From: Leucoraja ocellata
Lineage: Eukaryota
DNA: 64,000 nt
NCBI GenBank assembly: GCA_036785375.1
Contig: JAWMAR010000044.1
Location: 5,890,001 to 5,954,000, forward strand
Direction of reading: 5' to 3'
The notes beneath the pieces are model-generated. The model was not told the DNA's origin. It worked only from the letters and a program-made list of their open reading frames with translations, and did no database searches. Below, one piece after another: positions 1 to 14,100 of the stretch. The first letter of the stretch is position 1. The number at the start of each line of letters is the position of its first letter. The position numbers were made by a program, and so were the translations under genes.

Positions 1-339
1 AGCCATGATTTAAACAAAATGATGAGGAAACTTTTGCATCCACTCCCTATACACTCGGGGCTATTTACATGGGGCCAATTGACCTACAAACCCGCACTTG
101 TTTGGGATGTGGGAGGAAACCAGAGCTGCCGGAGGAAACCCAAGTGGCCAGAGGGAGATGTGCAATCTCCACGCAGACAGCACCCGTGGTCAGGATCGAA
201 CCCGGGTCTCTGATGTTGTGAGGCAGTGGTTCTACCAGCTGTGCAACTGTGTTACGTGAGGTTTGGGCTTTTGTGAAAGTAGTCTTGTCAACTGACTGCA
301 ATTACACATGGACCATCCACAAGGTGATGTCCTTATTGG

Positions 340-963
340 TCTTTGAGTATAGGAGCAGGAAGGTTCTACTGCAGTTGTACAGGGTCTTGGTGAGACCACA
401 CCTGGAGTATTGCGTACAGTTTTGGTCTCCTAATCTGAGGAAATACATTCTTGCCATAGAGGGAGTACAGAGAAGGTTCACCAGACTGATTCCTGGGATG
501 TCAGGACTTTCATATGAAGAAAGACTGGATAGACTCGGTTTGTACTCGCTAGAATTTAGAAGATTGAGGGGGGATCTTATAGAAACTTACAACATTCTTA
601 AGGGGTTGGACAGGCTAGATGCAGGAAGATTGTTCCCGATGTTGGGGAAGTCCAGAACAAGGGGTCACAGTTTAAGGATAAGGGGGAAATCTTTTAGGAC
701 CGAGATAAGGAAAACATTTTTCCCACAGAGAGTGGTGAATCTCTGTAATTCTCTGCCACAGAAGGTAGTTGAGGCCAGTTCATTGACTATATTTAAGAGG
801 GAGTTTGATGTGGCCCTTGTGGCTAAAGGGATCAGGGGGTATGGAGAGAAGGCAGGTACAGGATACTGAGTTGGATGATCAGCCATGATCAAATTGAATG
901 GCAGTGCAGGCTCGAAGGGCCGAATGGCCTACCCCTGCACCTATTTTCCATGTTTCTATGTTT
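340..963 (+). mobile_element. CR1-clade LINE 3' end (young)
   Basis: LYRVLVRPHLEYCVQFWSP...LYSLEFRRLRGDLIETY...RTRGHSL...QRVVNL, uninterrupted, with 3' hairpin region and (TTTCTATG)n-like tail. Confidence 0.92.
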
Positions 964-1299
964 CAATACACTCACGATGGAGGGACTGAATGTTTAGGGT
1001 GCCAAAATGTCTGGACCATTAATGAGCTGGGAGAGGCAGCTAGACACTAATTCACAATGAAATGAATGATTTTCATTGAGTAATTTAATTACATCCTAAT
1101 GCAATATTGTGGCATAAGGATTGTGCAGAAAGGCTGACTCGAAGTAGAATACCTGGAGCCCATGCCATCGAAACATGGGAGGAGATTTTGTGCCACTTCA
1201 TCTCATCTGCCGGTTGATGGAAGAGATCCTTGAGGAAGCAAAGAAGCAGCAGGACATGGCAACGAAGTCAATGGTACATATCATGAACAATAAGCATCA

Positions 1300-1820
1300 T
1301 AGGTAGAATGGGTGGTCAAAAAAGATTTTGGCACATTGACCTTGATATGTCAGAGTATTGAGTATAGAAGTTGGGAGGTCATGTTGCAGTTATATACTGT
1401 AAGACATATAGAGTATTAGAGGGGTGATCTTATAGAGGTGTATAAAATCATGAGGAATAGTTTGGGTAGTCGCACAGAGTCATTTGCCCAGAGTAGGGGA
1501 ATCGAAAACCAGAGATCATAGGTTTAAGATGAAGAGGGAAAGATTTAATAGGAATCTGAGGGGTAACTTTTTCACACAAAGGGTGGTGGATGTATGGAAC
1601 GAGCTGCCGGAGGAGGTAGTTGAGGCAGGTACTATTGCAACGTTTAAGAAACAATTAGACAGGTACGTGGATAGGACAGGTTTATGTCCTAAGGTTTATG
1701 GCTAAGACAGGATATGGGACAAATGCAGGCAGGTAAGCCTCATGTGGATGGGACATGATGGTCGGTGTGGGAAAGTTGGGCCGAAGGGCCTGTTTCCACG
1801 CTGTATGACTCGATGACTAT
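1300..1820 (+). mobile_element. CR1/HER1-like LINE 3' end
   Basis: RGDLIEVYKIM...RNLRGNFFTQRVVDVWNELP. Tail GGGCCGAAGGGCCTGTTTCCACGCTGTATGACT is shared with the SINE 3' end. Confidence 0.85.
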
Positions 1821-2224
1821 GGGATGAAAGTGCAAGGAATGCAAGTAAATAACAGAGGGTAGAACAAAGCCCACACCCATGGTCCGTTATTATATGTTTG
1901 TAAAGTTGATTTTTCCCCCCAAATGAACAACAAATTAAAATAGAGAAGCTTCGTCTATTAATTGGAATAACTTCAAAGGATAGTACAGCAGCAGAGGAAA
2001 CAGCTTAAGAAGAAGAGGAAAACCTCAATGAAAGTGTACAGTTGGTGTAGTAAAAGCAAGTATGCCTCTCGAGGGAAAAGGAAATTAAACTCGCTTGCAA
2101 TTTGACAAAGATAGCATTTATAAAAAATAATGCTTGGACAGTCTCACCACACGTTCAATTTGTTTATTAACTACAGTATATCCTGTTCAACTTGATGACT
2201 TTTTTATGTGATTAAAATGTGCAT

Positions 2225-2480
2225 CCCAGGCCATCACACAAACCAGAGGTGATAACGAAGGGATCTAATGATGCAAACAGTGGAATTAGTAGGATGGCTA
2301 GTGTAGGGGAGGGGTGGAGGGGGGGGGGGGAAAGAGATGAAATGCAGGGGATACTTGAAATTAGAGGAATCAATGTTCATATCGCTGGGTTGTAAGCTGC
2401 CCAAGCAAAATATGAGGTGGTGCTCCTCCAAATTGTGTGCGGCCTCACTCTGACAGTGGAGGAGGCCCAGAACAGAAAGA
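2225..2480 (-). mobile_element. Penelope 3' fragment
   Basis: LSVLGLLHCQSEA...LEEHHLIFCLGSLQPSDMNIDSSNFK. Confidence 0.8.
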
Positions 2481-5400
2481 TAAACATAAGATAGACACAA
2501 AACGCTGGAGTATGCAGGCAGCATCTCTGGAGAGAAGGAATGGGTGATGTTTCGGGTCCAGGCCCTTCTTCAGACCTCCTTCTTCAGAAGGGGCTTGACC
2601 AAAACGTCACTCATTCCTTCTCTCCAGAGATACTGCCTGCTCCACTGAGTTACTCCAGCATTTGGTGTCTATAATTTAAACCAGCATCTACAGGTCCTTC
2701 CTGCACATGGAACTTGTGTAAATTGGTGATTGATGGTCAGCGTAGGCTCAGTGGGCCGAAGGGCCAGTTTCCATGCTGTATGTTTCAATCAAGCAAAATA
2801 AAAATAGGACCATCTCTAATCTGTATTCAATTCATCGCTTATTAAAGGCCTTATTTACCTATCATTTTATCTACAAATCTTTAATTCCAGTCTGATCTCA
2901 AGGAAATTAGTCCTCCAGTAACTGATATTTTTGCTGGTCCTTTTTCAATGCTACTTTATTAATGTGTACAAAGTTTTTGCAGATATATTAAGAAGATAGT
3001 GTTGAGAGATAACCCCGTCGTTCAATAAAGGCAGAGGCAGATTAGCCAATATTGGAAATGGCCATATTAGATTGCTTTTCAAACAGGCATATAACAAAAA
3101 ATGCAACTACTAGGTATATGCCAAGACAAAAACAAATAGTATATCATTTCATTTGAAGAATGGAAATGATTGAGAAAATAACATAATGAAAGACAGATCA
3201 TTCTCCAGGCCCCGATAGCCATCATGCAAAGTGTTTACGAAATTGCAGATGCATTATCAAAATTCTTCCCATCTCTCCAGACTATGGAATTGTGCATTTA
3301 AATTGAGCAATTCATAATTACTTGAGGAAATCTAGAAACAGGGAAGATTATTTTAAAATGTTTTATTCATCTTAAAGACAGGACATCCATTTTAATCGCA
3401 GGATGGCACAGTGGCAAAGTTGCTGCCTCACAGAGACAGAAACCTAGGGGTGGGTGCTGCGAGTACAGAGTTTGTACGTTCTCCTCGTGACTGCATAGGT
3501 TTTCCCCGGGTGCTCCTGTTTCCTACCACAGTCCAAAGACATACAGGTTTGTAGGTTAATTGACTTTGGTAAAAATTGTAAATGGTCCATAGTACTAATG
3601 TACGGGGTGATCGCTGGTTGGCACGGACTCGGTGGGCTGAAAGGCCTGTTTCTGCACTGTATCTCCAAAGTCTAAAGTTGCACACCGTCAGATTCAGGAA
3701 CAGTTAGTCTACTACCATCAGCTTCTTGAACCAACCTGCAAAACCCTCAAAAAAACACAAAATGAAGAAGTCAGCCAGCAGGTCAGTCTGAAGAAGGGTC
3801 CCGACCTGGAACGTCACCTATCCATGTATTCCAGAGATGTTGTCGGATACCCCGAGTTACTCCAGTACTTTGTATCTTATTTTGTAAACCACCATCTGCA
3901 GTTCCTTGTTTCTATACAACCCAAATCCTATTTTGGCAATGAAATATTATGGGCTACCTCCTGCACTACCATGGACTTTCTTTCATATTGTGCTTTGCAA
4001 TAATGTCTTATTTATTTGTGTTGTCTTTTTCTTTCACTGACGTGTAAATTATACGCAAGTTATACACAAATTATACATAAAGTAGAGGTTGATAGGTTCT
4101 TGATTAGTAAGCGCATCAAAGGATGGGGGGGGGGGGGGGTAGGCAGCAGAGTGAAAATTAGCTCAGCCATGATTGAATGACTCGATGGGCTGAATAGCCT
4201 AATTCCGCTCCTATGTCTTGTGGTGTTAAATTATGTGCTTATGCATTGACTGAGGATATATGTGTCAGCAATGTTGCAGCAAGCAAGATTTTAATTGTAC
4301 TTGTACATTGCCGTACTTCTGCATACAACCTTAAACTCAACTTGACTTGACAATTCCTGTGTACTTTTGTATCCATTCCATATGTCCATTCTTTAGAACT
4401 AGGCATCCCATTTCCATCCTCAGCCCAGTCCCTTCCACAAACAACATTAATATTCCAATAATACGGGGTTGCCAAGATTTCTATTAGTAACGCTGCATAC
4501 TTTTAATTCATTCTTTTCAAAAATGTTACACCATTTAATCAACTTTCCAGTGAACCAGATAAGTTTAAAGAAGTTGCTGTAAATGGAGAAGTAGATACAA
4601 GGAACTGCAGACGCTGGTTTGCACAAAAGGACATAAAGTGCTAGAGTAACTCGGCAGGTCAGGCAGCATCCCTGAAGAGCATGGGTCAGTGATGTTACGG
4701 CTCAGGACCGTTTTTCAGACTGAAGAAGGGTCCCGACCCGAAATGCTACTTATCCATGTTCTTCAAAAATGCTGCCTGACCCGCCGAGTTGCTCGTATCG
4801 TAAACTGGAGTGGACAAAATCATGAGAGGAATAGATTGGGTAAATGCACAAAGTCTTTTTGCCCAGAGTAGGAGAATCGAGAACTGGAGGACATAGGTTT
4901 AAGGCGAGGGGGGAAAGATTTAATAGGAACCTGAGGAGTACCATTTTTACACAGAGGGTGGTGGGTATATGAAACAGGCTGCTGGAGGAGGTAGTTGAGT
5001 TGCAACATTTAAGAAGCATTTAGATAGGTACATGGATAGGACAGGTTTAGAGGCATATGGGTCAAACACAGGCATGTGGGATTAGTGTAGATGGGGCATG
5101 TTGGTCGGTGTGGGCAAGTGGGCCGAAGGGCCTGTTTCCATGCTGTCTAATCCTTTGGCTCTATGGAGCCCTGCTGAGTTAAACTGGAGGCAGAAACTAG
5201 GGCCCTAGTGTGTAAAGAGGGAAGCACAGCACATGTGTCCCAGGTGAGTTTAATGAGAGCACAATGAACATCATTGTGTGAGGCATAAGTGTAAACATTG
5301 AGGTTTCTAAGTAAATGGATAGTGGATTATCAGAATTTACTGTACACATAAATCAATTTACAAGGGCTATATGAGCAAAGGTTAAAGATGATTCTACATG

Positions 5401-6129
5401 GTATTGCGGGCAGTTCGTAAGTTCTCGGAGCAGAATTAGGCCATTCGGCCCATCAAGTCTACTCCGCCGTTCAATCAGGGCTGATCTATTTTTCCTTCTC
5501 AACTCCATTCTCCTGCCTTCTCCCCAATAACCCCTGACACACACACTAATCAAGAATCGATCTATCTCCATCTTAAAAATATCAATTGACTTGGCCTCAC
5601 AGTCTTCAGTGGCAATGAATTCCACAGGTTCACCACACTCAGACTAAATAAATCCCCCCTCATCTCCATTCTAAAATGAGTATAGAGAAATATGAGTATA
5701 GGTGGATAGATCTTGCAGAAAGGCATCTGTGACACAGTGGGGTTGCGTGCAGATGTTACTGCCGGGAATAAAACCCTGAAATAAGTGGCATCTTCACGGC
5801 ATAATAGTATCATCTGATAAAAGAGTCAGAGTACATGTCAGCACATGTGATTTCTCATAAAATGAGTTCCTTGTCATTTATTGTCCTTTGACCAGATAAT
5901 GAATACTTCCTCAAAGCAAAGGTTCTGATGGGATTGCTGGGGCAGGACTAATAATTCAGACAGCTCTTGCCTCATCTGGCTATATTTCTTACGGAATTTC
6001 ATCTGCCTGAACTTCTCGCTAAGAGAATGATATATGTAACAGGCCAGTCCAACACAACACAGCTGAATAACATATTAACAGGGCTACCATAATGAAACCA
6101 TTACACGCTGTATGACTCTATGGTCTGTA

Positions 6130-6367
6130 TAAACAAAGAATTGCAGATGCAGGTTTACAAAAAAAAAGGCACATAGTGCTGGAGTAACTCAGTGGATCAG
6201 GCAGCATCTCTGGAGAACGTGGATAGGTGGCATTATGGGACGGGACTGGTCTTCAGTCCGAAAACATCACCTATCCATGTTCTCCAGGCATGCTGCCTGA
6301 TCCACTGAGTTACTCCTGCACTTTGTGTCCTTTTGTGTAAACCAGCATCTGCATTTCCTTGTTTCTA
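6130..6367. repeat. Palindromic Penelope terminal-repeat unit (representative; similar at ~2490-2705, 4590-4795, 13930-14130, 20025-20235, 24490-24620, 26610-26925, 33030-33435, 41865-42090, 44520-44705, 55445-55610, 61730-61930)
   Basis: Arm GAA(C/T)TGCAGATGC...GCTGGAGTAACTCAG...CAGGCAGCATCTCTGGAGAAC..GGATAGGTG followed by its reverse complement. Confidence 0.8.
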
Positions 6368-7386
6368 CCATTACACAGTACTTCATCAGCGGTGGAAAGC
6401 ACTTTTGAGACTTCCTGAGGTTCTGAAAGGTGCTGGTTAAACGTAAGTCTCATAGCAAGAGCCACGGAGCTGGGTGAGAAAATAAAGTGTATACAGTTCT
6501 CTGGTTATTTGGTTTTCCACCCTGTTCAAATCGAATGAGATAACTCACCACAAACATCGTAAATATTTGTTCTGATATCTTTCCATGCAGACCAGATGGA
6601 TGTTTTGTTACCATGGAGTAAATTTTCAAACATCAAAACTCCAGCTATAAAATATTGGCACTGGACTGAAAACCCACATTGTACAGTCCTCATACACTTT
6701 AAATTCATAAACCGTTCATTTGCGGTTTAGGTTCATGAGCAGACAACTTCATATGCAGAATCTACATTAATAAGGCCTAGATAGAGTGGATTTGGAGAGG
6801 ATGTTTCCACTAGGGGCACAGTCTAGGACCAGGGGGCACAGGCCCAGGATAAAAGGGTGTTCTTTTAGAATGGAGTTGAGGAGGAATTTCTTTAGCCAGA
6901 GGGTGGTGAATCTGTGGAATTAATTGCCATAGACGGTGGTGGAGTACTTACTTTTAATTTTTTAAGATTGAGAGGTTCTTGATTAGTAAGGGCGCCAAAA
7001 ATTACAGGGAGAAGGCAGGAGAATGGGGTTGAGAGGGAACAATGGATCATCCATGGTCAAATGACAGAGCAGATTTGATGGGCCAAATGGTCTAATTCTG
7101 CTCCAATGTCTAATTCAGATATGGGACATGGGCATTGTTGATAACACCACCATTTTGTGTTCCATTTTAATTGCTTCCTAAATTGGACTATTTTGGCAGA
7201 TAATAAACAATTACAGTGCAGGAAATCTGAGTCAAATAAAAGCCAGACAGCAGATTTTCTTCCTTGGAAAATATTAATGACAATAATGCTTATATTTTCA
7301 TGGCCACCATTATTGATAGTTGCTTTGTTTTTTTAAAAAGCAAGTTTCAATAAAAGGCTTCTGGGAATTGCTTAGCCATATTTAAG

Positions 7387-7678
7387 GGCAGCACAGTGGT
7401 GCAGTGGTAGAGTTGCTGCCTTACAGCGCCAGAGACCTGGGTTGGATCCCGACTATGGGTGCTGTCTGTATGGAGTTTGTACGTTCTCTCTGCGACCAAG
7501 TGGGTTTTTTCCAGATGCTCTGGGTTTCCTCCCACATTCCAAAGACATGCATGTTTGTAGGTTTCTGTAATTTGTCCCTTGTGTACAGGGTATAGCAAGT
7601 GTACGGGTGATCACTGGTCAACGTGGACTCGATGTGCCGCAGGGTCTGTTTCCACGCTGTTCCTCTAAAGTAAACTAA
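7387..7678 (+). mobile_element. HE1-type tRNA-derived V-SINE, representative full copy
   Basis: A box-like GTGGTGCAGTGGTAG, B box-like GGTTGGATCC, V-domain GGAGTTTGTACGTTCTC...GGTTTCCTCCCACA.TCCAAAGA, LINE-derived 3' end and (CTAAA)n-like tail. Confidence 0.85.
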
Positions 7679-8399
7679 GCTGCACGCAGATAATATAAGG
7701 GGATTCACGCACTTGTCTCCAGATATTCAGCAGTCTTTTTGATTACTAATCCAGTAATTTAACCACTACACTACTGTATCCCATATGAACCATTAATCCT
7801 AAATCAAACATATTTTCTTAAAGCATAGGTCTATTTGATTCCCGTATGCATAAACGACTCCTGGCCTCGATCAATCAGCACTTTCAAAGGAAAATAAATT
7901 CAATCGCACAATGTTGTTTTTAGAATTAGAAGCATGCCTTTGCTGGATTAGTTGATAATCCACTCCAAAATTGGTGAAACATTCATGAACATGGATACAA
8001 TTCTGCTCCATCAAGCCCAGAAGTTATATTCTTGAGGGATAAAGTGATAACCGCCAAGAATTATATTTGTTTCACATGTGAGTTAAATGGGTGGGTACTA
8101 ACATTTCTGCGCAGTCACAGCAACTGTGTTTCAGAAACTAATTTCACATCAAGGTAGATCAAACCTAACAACCTTCCGATGGTGATTATAATTAAAGCTG
8201 CTTGAGTCCATGTTAATAATCTGAATTAAAAAAACTCTAAGTGCTGGAGTATCTCAGCGGGTCAGGCAGCATGTTTGAAGTAAATGGATAGGTGAGATTT
8301 TGAGTCGGGACCCTTCTTCTGCCTGATTGCCGTAGGGGAGACAAAGCTGGAACAGAGGAGTGGGCAGAACAGAGCCAGACAAGTGACAGGTGGATACAG

Positions 8400-8717
8400 A
8401 TTTAATTTAGTTTAGTTTGGTTCAAGATACAATGTGGAAACCAGTACTTCGGATCACCAAGTCAATGCCGACCAGCAATCACCCATATACTAGTTCTATC
8501 CTACACACCAAGGACAATTTCATAATTTTACCAAAGCCAATTAACTTACAAACCTGTACATCTTTGGAGTGTGGGAGGAAACTGGAGCATCCGGAGAAAA
8601 CCAACGTGGTCACAGGAAAAACGTACAAACTCCGTACAGACAGCACCCGTGGTCAGGATCGAACCGTGTCTCTGGCGCTGTAAGGCAGCAACTCTACCGC
8701 TGCGCCACTGTGCCACC
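8400..8717 (-). mobile_element. HE1-type V-SINE
   Basis: Reverse complement of the consensus above, with a (TTTAG)n tail at ~8400-8417. Confidence 0.85.
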
Positions 8718-10365
8718 CCTCTGTCTTTCCAATCTATGTCCATCCATGAGTCCCATAGTGTTATGAATCCCTGCCTCTGTAATATTATCTACCCATAAAA
8801 CCATTAAGAATGTCTGGCCCTCCAATTGTACATTCTTAATTATTTGTGACATTATGCTGCTATAATTCCCAAGCACCAAAGATCTAATATTCCCTCCCTA
8901 AACCTCTCCGCACTTATCCTTATAACTTTAAGAAGATTATCAAAACCTCCCTCTGGCGCCTGCCTTACCATGTTGCTTAGCTTCAAATTTTCTTTGCTAA
9001 CATTCCTGTGAAATCCCTTGAGTTGTTTAAGCCATGTTAAAGAAACGAGATAAATGGAATTTGTTATATGAAGCAGACAAAATGTTTTAATAACTAGCCC
9101 GAGGCACAGACAACAGAAGAACATCAAAACCTTCCATTATTTTTACTTTGGTGTTAAATCAGAAACAGTGAGACTTCCAGCTATTATAGATCGATTGGCT
9201 CATGAACAAATGACTGCGAGGCTCATTTAATTTTGAGTTTTGTTTAGAGATACAGTGCGAGAACAGGCCCTTCTGCCCACCGAGTCCACACTGACCATCG
9301 GTTACCCTTACACACTAGTTCTATGTTATCCCACTTTCGCATCCTACACACTACGGGGCAATTAACAGAAGCCAATTAAACTGCAAACTTGCACATCTTT
9401 GGAATATGGAAGGAAACCAGAGCACCCGGAGAAAACCCATGCAGTCACAGGGAGAACGTACAAACTCCGCACAGACAGAACCCGTAATCAGGAACAAACC
9501 CGGGTCTCTGACGCTGCGAGGCAGCAGCTCCACTGCTGCCCTAAGTTGGTTAAGAAAACCAAAGATCATAATCCTTACAGAAAATAAATATGTATGAAGG
9601 GATTAATCATGGACAACCCATCATTTGTTGGTTTCCATTAAAACAAGAACAGGACTGAACTTTCAGTTAAAATCCCATGGGGAATTCCAGTTTCTTATCT
9701 GATTACGCTTCTGTAAATTCCTGTCACAGAAAGAGTACAAATTAAAATGGAGACAAGATACTGGAGATACTGAGCAAAAAAAAAACAAACTCTGGAGGAA
9801 CTCAACAGGTCAGGCAGCATCTGGGGAGAAAAATGGCTGACGTTTTGAGGCGGGACTCCTTCAGACTGATGGGAGCAGAGAGGAGATAGTTGGCATAGAG
9901 ATGTGAGGGGAAGTGGTGGGGCAAGAGATAAGTGTATTGCAGAAGGCGGGGTTGATTGGTGAATCAAAGCAGAGGATAGGGCTGAGTGAAGAAATAGACT
10001 TGGATAAAGTAAAATGTAGGGACAAAATTCATTTTTGATATGGTGATTAAATGCCTCCTTGCATGATGTGAATGACATTTCTCTTTCAGATGGCATGTAA
10101 ATTTTCTGCATATTCTTTAGAGCACAGTACGGAGAATCAGCGATCTTATAGAGGTGCACAAAATCATGATAGGAATAGATTGGAAAGACGCACAGAGTCT
10201 CTCCAATGGTAGGGGAATCGAGAACCAAAGGACCTAGTTTTAAGGTGAGTGGGGGTGGGGGGGGAGATTTAATAGGAACCTGTGGGGTATCTTTTTCACA
10301 CAAAGAGTGGTAGGTATATGGAACAAGCTGCCAGACGAGATAGTTGAGGCAAGTTTAGAGAGATA

Positions 10366-11116
10366 CTAGAATAAGTGGGACCCATTGGGTCCCAGTCACA
10401 CGGGAGGCCTGGTCCCTGTAAAGCAACACATTCCCCAACGCAATATTCCACCACTCACCTGTTCCCCCAATGCAACCCGTTCCCCCTAAGCAATATTCCA
10501 CTACTCACCCATAGCCCCTAACTGCGCAGGCGCGGCTAATTTCCCCTCACCCCCCAGCACTCCCCCCCCCCCCCCCACCTTCCTCTTCATGTGTGGGAGT
10601 GGAGGAGGGGTGTGGGGGCGTCTGTGGGTGGGGGGTGCAGGTGGGGGGGGGGGGGTGTGGGGAAGAGGGGGGTGTGAGAGGGGGTGTGTGGGGGGGGGGG
10701 AGGGGGAAGGGGGTGGGTGATCGCAGCAGACGCAGCTCGCACTATGCTCACCCTGCACCTTCAGCTTTCGGCCACACTCAACAGCTCCCGGTCACACTGT
10801 TCTCTGCCCGCTGCCCGCACGCTGCTCGGACTCAGCCCCGCCTCCGCGGTTTTATTCGCCTCGGGTGTCAGAAGGGACGTTACCTTCATGGTGACTGACA
10901 GGCGAGAAGACCAATCTGCTGATCTCTCAATTTGTTAAACCTTCATAACTTTTCGAATATTTCACTGATCAGAACAAAATTTGGTAAGCTTGGAGCAGAG
11001 GAGAACGGTGAGTAAGGTGGCAAAAAATCCTAGCGATATAAGTTATGTTTTTACGCAAATTTTAAAAGCGCAAACTGGAAGTGGTCAAGATGAGAGTTTT
11101 ATTAATAGTAGATAGA
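10366..11116 (-). mobile_element. Non-autonomous Helitron (751 bp) inserted in a CR1 3' end
   Basis: Minus strand begins TC (11116) and ends CTAG (10366). Perfect hairpin GGGACCC-att-GGGTCCC at 10377-10393, 7 nt from the terminal CTAG. Inserted in host GATA^TGGACC with no TSD (uninterrupted host version seen near 54612). Confidence 0.85.
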
Positions 11117-14100
11117 TGGACCAAACACCGGCAAGTAGGACTAGTGTAGATGGGACTAGTGTAGATGGGACATGTTGGCCAGAGTGGGCTAGTTGGGCCA
11201 AAGGGGGTGTTTCCACGTTGTTAGATTCTAGTTACTATCTCTTGATTACAACTAATAAATATCAAAATAATTATTTTGAGTTCAAAATTTAGTTTGCATT
11301 CTCAGTGGGATAATGATGTCAGAGTTTCGACAGCACGTGACGCAGCGGTAGAGTTGCTGCCTTGCAGTGCAAGAGACCTGGGTTCAATCCTGACTATGGG
11401 CACTGTCTGTATGGAGTTTTTACATTCTCCCCGTGACAGGCATGGGTTTTCTCCGGGATCTCCTGTTTGCTTCCCACAAGACGTACAAGTTTGTAGGTTA
11501 ATTGGCTTGGTGTAATTGTACATTGTCCCTAGTGTGTGTAGGACAGTGTTAGTGTGCGAGCATCGCCGGTCGGCACGTACTGGGTGGGCCAAAAGCCTGC
11601 TTCCACGCTGCAGCAATTTAAAAAAATGCCTTTCAATCTGCTTTTCTCTCTTCTCTCCATGTCCATCTGCCTACCTGATGTGCTTGACGCTATAAATCTG
11701 TTCCTCTTTCCCTTCCCTCACCGCACCACAGGTGCTGGTGAAAGCTGCCGGGTCACATCAGCAATAATTGTCAAATCCTAGAAGTACTTCAGGAGTACCG
11801 ACGCATGGCAGATGACATCTTCAGGATCAAATTTAAAACTCCATCAACCCTTAGTGTAAAACCCACGCGTTGCCTTCCCAATGATACTAAGAGCAGGGAA
11901 TTATTCCTGGTAAACTATTTTTTTGTGCCTTTGGTTATCTTGAGTAGTAATCCAAAGGCAGCATATCACAAGTAAATAAGGCATATGGTGTGTATACCAT
12001 CATCAGGTGGGGCATTGAGTCAGGAAGTCATGATGTAGTCATAAGACTTTGGTTAGGCTACATTTGGAGTATTGCATGCAGTTCTAGTCACCCCATCAAG
12101 AAAAGGATGTGTTGGCTTTGGAAAGGGTGCGGAGATTTCTTAAATTCCAGTTAGGAACAGAATTAGGCTATTTTGTCCATCAAGCCATTCAATCATGGTT
12201 GCTCTACTTTTCCCTCTCAACCCCATTCTCCTGCCCTTCTCCCCACAACCCCCGTACTAATCTGCGAATCTCAGCCTTAAAAATATCCATTGCATCGGCC
12301 TCCACAGCCATCTGTGGCAATGAATTCCAGATTCACCACCCATTGATTTAAAAAAAATCCTCATCTCCTTTCTAAAGATACGTCCTTTTATTCGGAGGCT
12401 GTAACCTCTGGTCCTAGACTCTCGCACTAGTGGAAACATCTTCTCCACATGCACTCTATCCAGGCCTTTCACTATTCAGTAAATTAGCAGACTGATGGCT
12501 GAGTTCAGTAGTATTAGCTACAGGGAAATATTGGACAGACCTGGATTGCCTTCTCTGGTGCGCTGGAGGTTGAGGGGAGATCTGATAGAAATCTATAAAA
12601 TTATGAGAGGTATAGAAACAGTACATTCAGAACCTTTTTCCAATGTCAAATGTCAAATGCTAGAGGGGGTCATAGTTTAAAGGTGATATGCGGGACAAGA
12701 TTATTTGTACACAGTGGGTGGTGGCAGAAACAGATGGCGTTTAAGAGAGGCACATGGATATGCAGGAAACAGAGTGACATGCATCATGTGCAGGGAGAAG
12801 GGATTTGTTTATCTTAGGTTCAGCACAAACATTGTGGGACAAACTGCCTGAGAAGGGCTCTGTCCCAAAACAACACCCATGTTCTCCAGAGATGCAACGT
12901 GACCCACTGAGTTACTCCAGCACTTCGCATTTTTGTTTTGTAAACCAGCATCTCAAGTTCCTTGCACGTCTAGTACTTTCCTACCAACACAAATCTTTCT
13001 ATTGTGTGGAGAAGAGGAAGGGAAATAATTCACCAGAGTTGTCAGGACGGGTTAATTATCAGGATAAAAGAGTAAAAAAGCTGGCTAATTTTTTTTTTTT
13101 GGCAATACTCAGGCATCAGTAAGATCGAAAGATGCAGCTATATTACTGCACCAGCTGAAACAAGCTGGGTCTATACATACAGCTGGCTGTTACCTTACTC
13201 CAGATGACTCACAGAGGAAGCTGGAACCTGCGCTCAGTTTCTTCCATTTGAAGGAAACTCCTTTCTGAATAACTTGTATTGATTTGGTTTTATTTCCCAG
13301 GTTTACATAATCTGCAAAACCAGCATCTCTTTCATGGAATGTTTTCCACTGACTGGAGTAGACATTAGCGGCTTTGGAAAGTATCAGTTATCTTGTGTCA
13401 CCGAATGATTATATCGCTGCTACCACCTAAAACAAATGGGAAATGGACAAAGCAAATCAGCAAGGGATTTTCTGCTAATTCCTGAATTTTCTTTCAAGGC
13501 ATATTCATCAGTCATAGAACAGTCCTTTCAAAGTCATTTTTGGCACCCTAACCATTCACACCCTCTACCACCAGTGCATCATAGACCACCTAGAAGCTCA
13601 GAAGACACAAAGTACTGGAGTGATTCAGCGGGTCACAGTGTGGGCAGCACAGTGGCGCAGCGGTAGTTGCCGCGTAACAGCGCTAGAGAGCCGGGTTCAA
13701 TCCCAACTATGGTTGCTGTCTGTACTTAGTTTGTGCATTCTTCCTGTGACCACGTGGGTTTTCTCCAGGTGCTCTGGTTTCCTCCCACACCCCATAGACG
13801 TTCATGATTGGAGGTTAATTGTCTACAGTAAAATTGTAAATTGTCCCCAGTGTGTAGGATAGTGTTAGAGTACGGGCTGATCACTGGTGGGCTGAAGGGC
13901 CAGATCTGCAATGCATCTCTATAGTCTAAAGAGTCGGGCAACATCTCTGGAGAACATGGATAGGTGAAGATTCGGTTTGGGAACCTTCTTCAGATTCTGA
14001 GTCTGAATAATAGTCCCAACCCGAAAAGTCACCTATCCATGTTCGCCAACAATACTGCCTGACTAGTTGGGTTACTCCAGTATTTTGTGTCTTTTTTTTG

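Noticed and set aside
7387-7460. tRNA genes suggested by A/B boxes
   Set aside because: Every instance continues into the SINE V-domain. These are tRNA-derived SINE heads, not cloverleaf tRNAs.
13195-13427. Possible extra exon (TTTATTTCCCAG on plus; TTTTAG ... GTAAC on minus)
   Set aside because: All three minus frames hit stops soon after the acceptor and the plus-frame peptide is unrecognised. A non-coding exon cannot be excluded but is unsupported.
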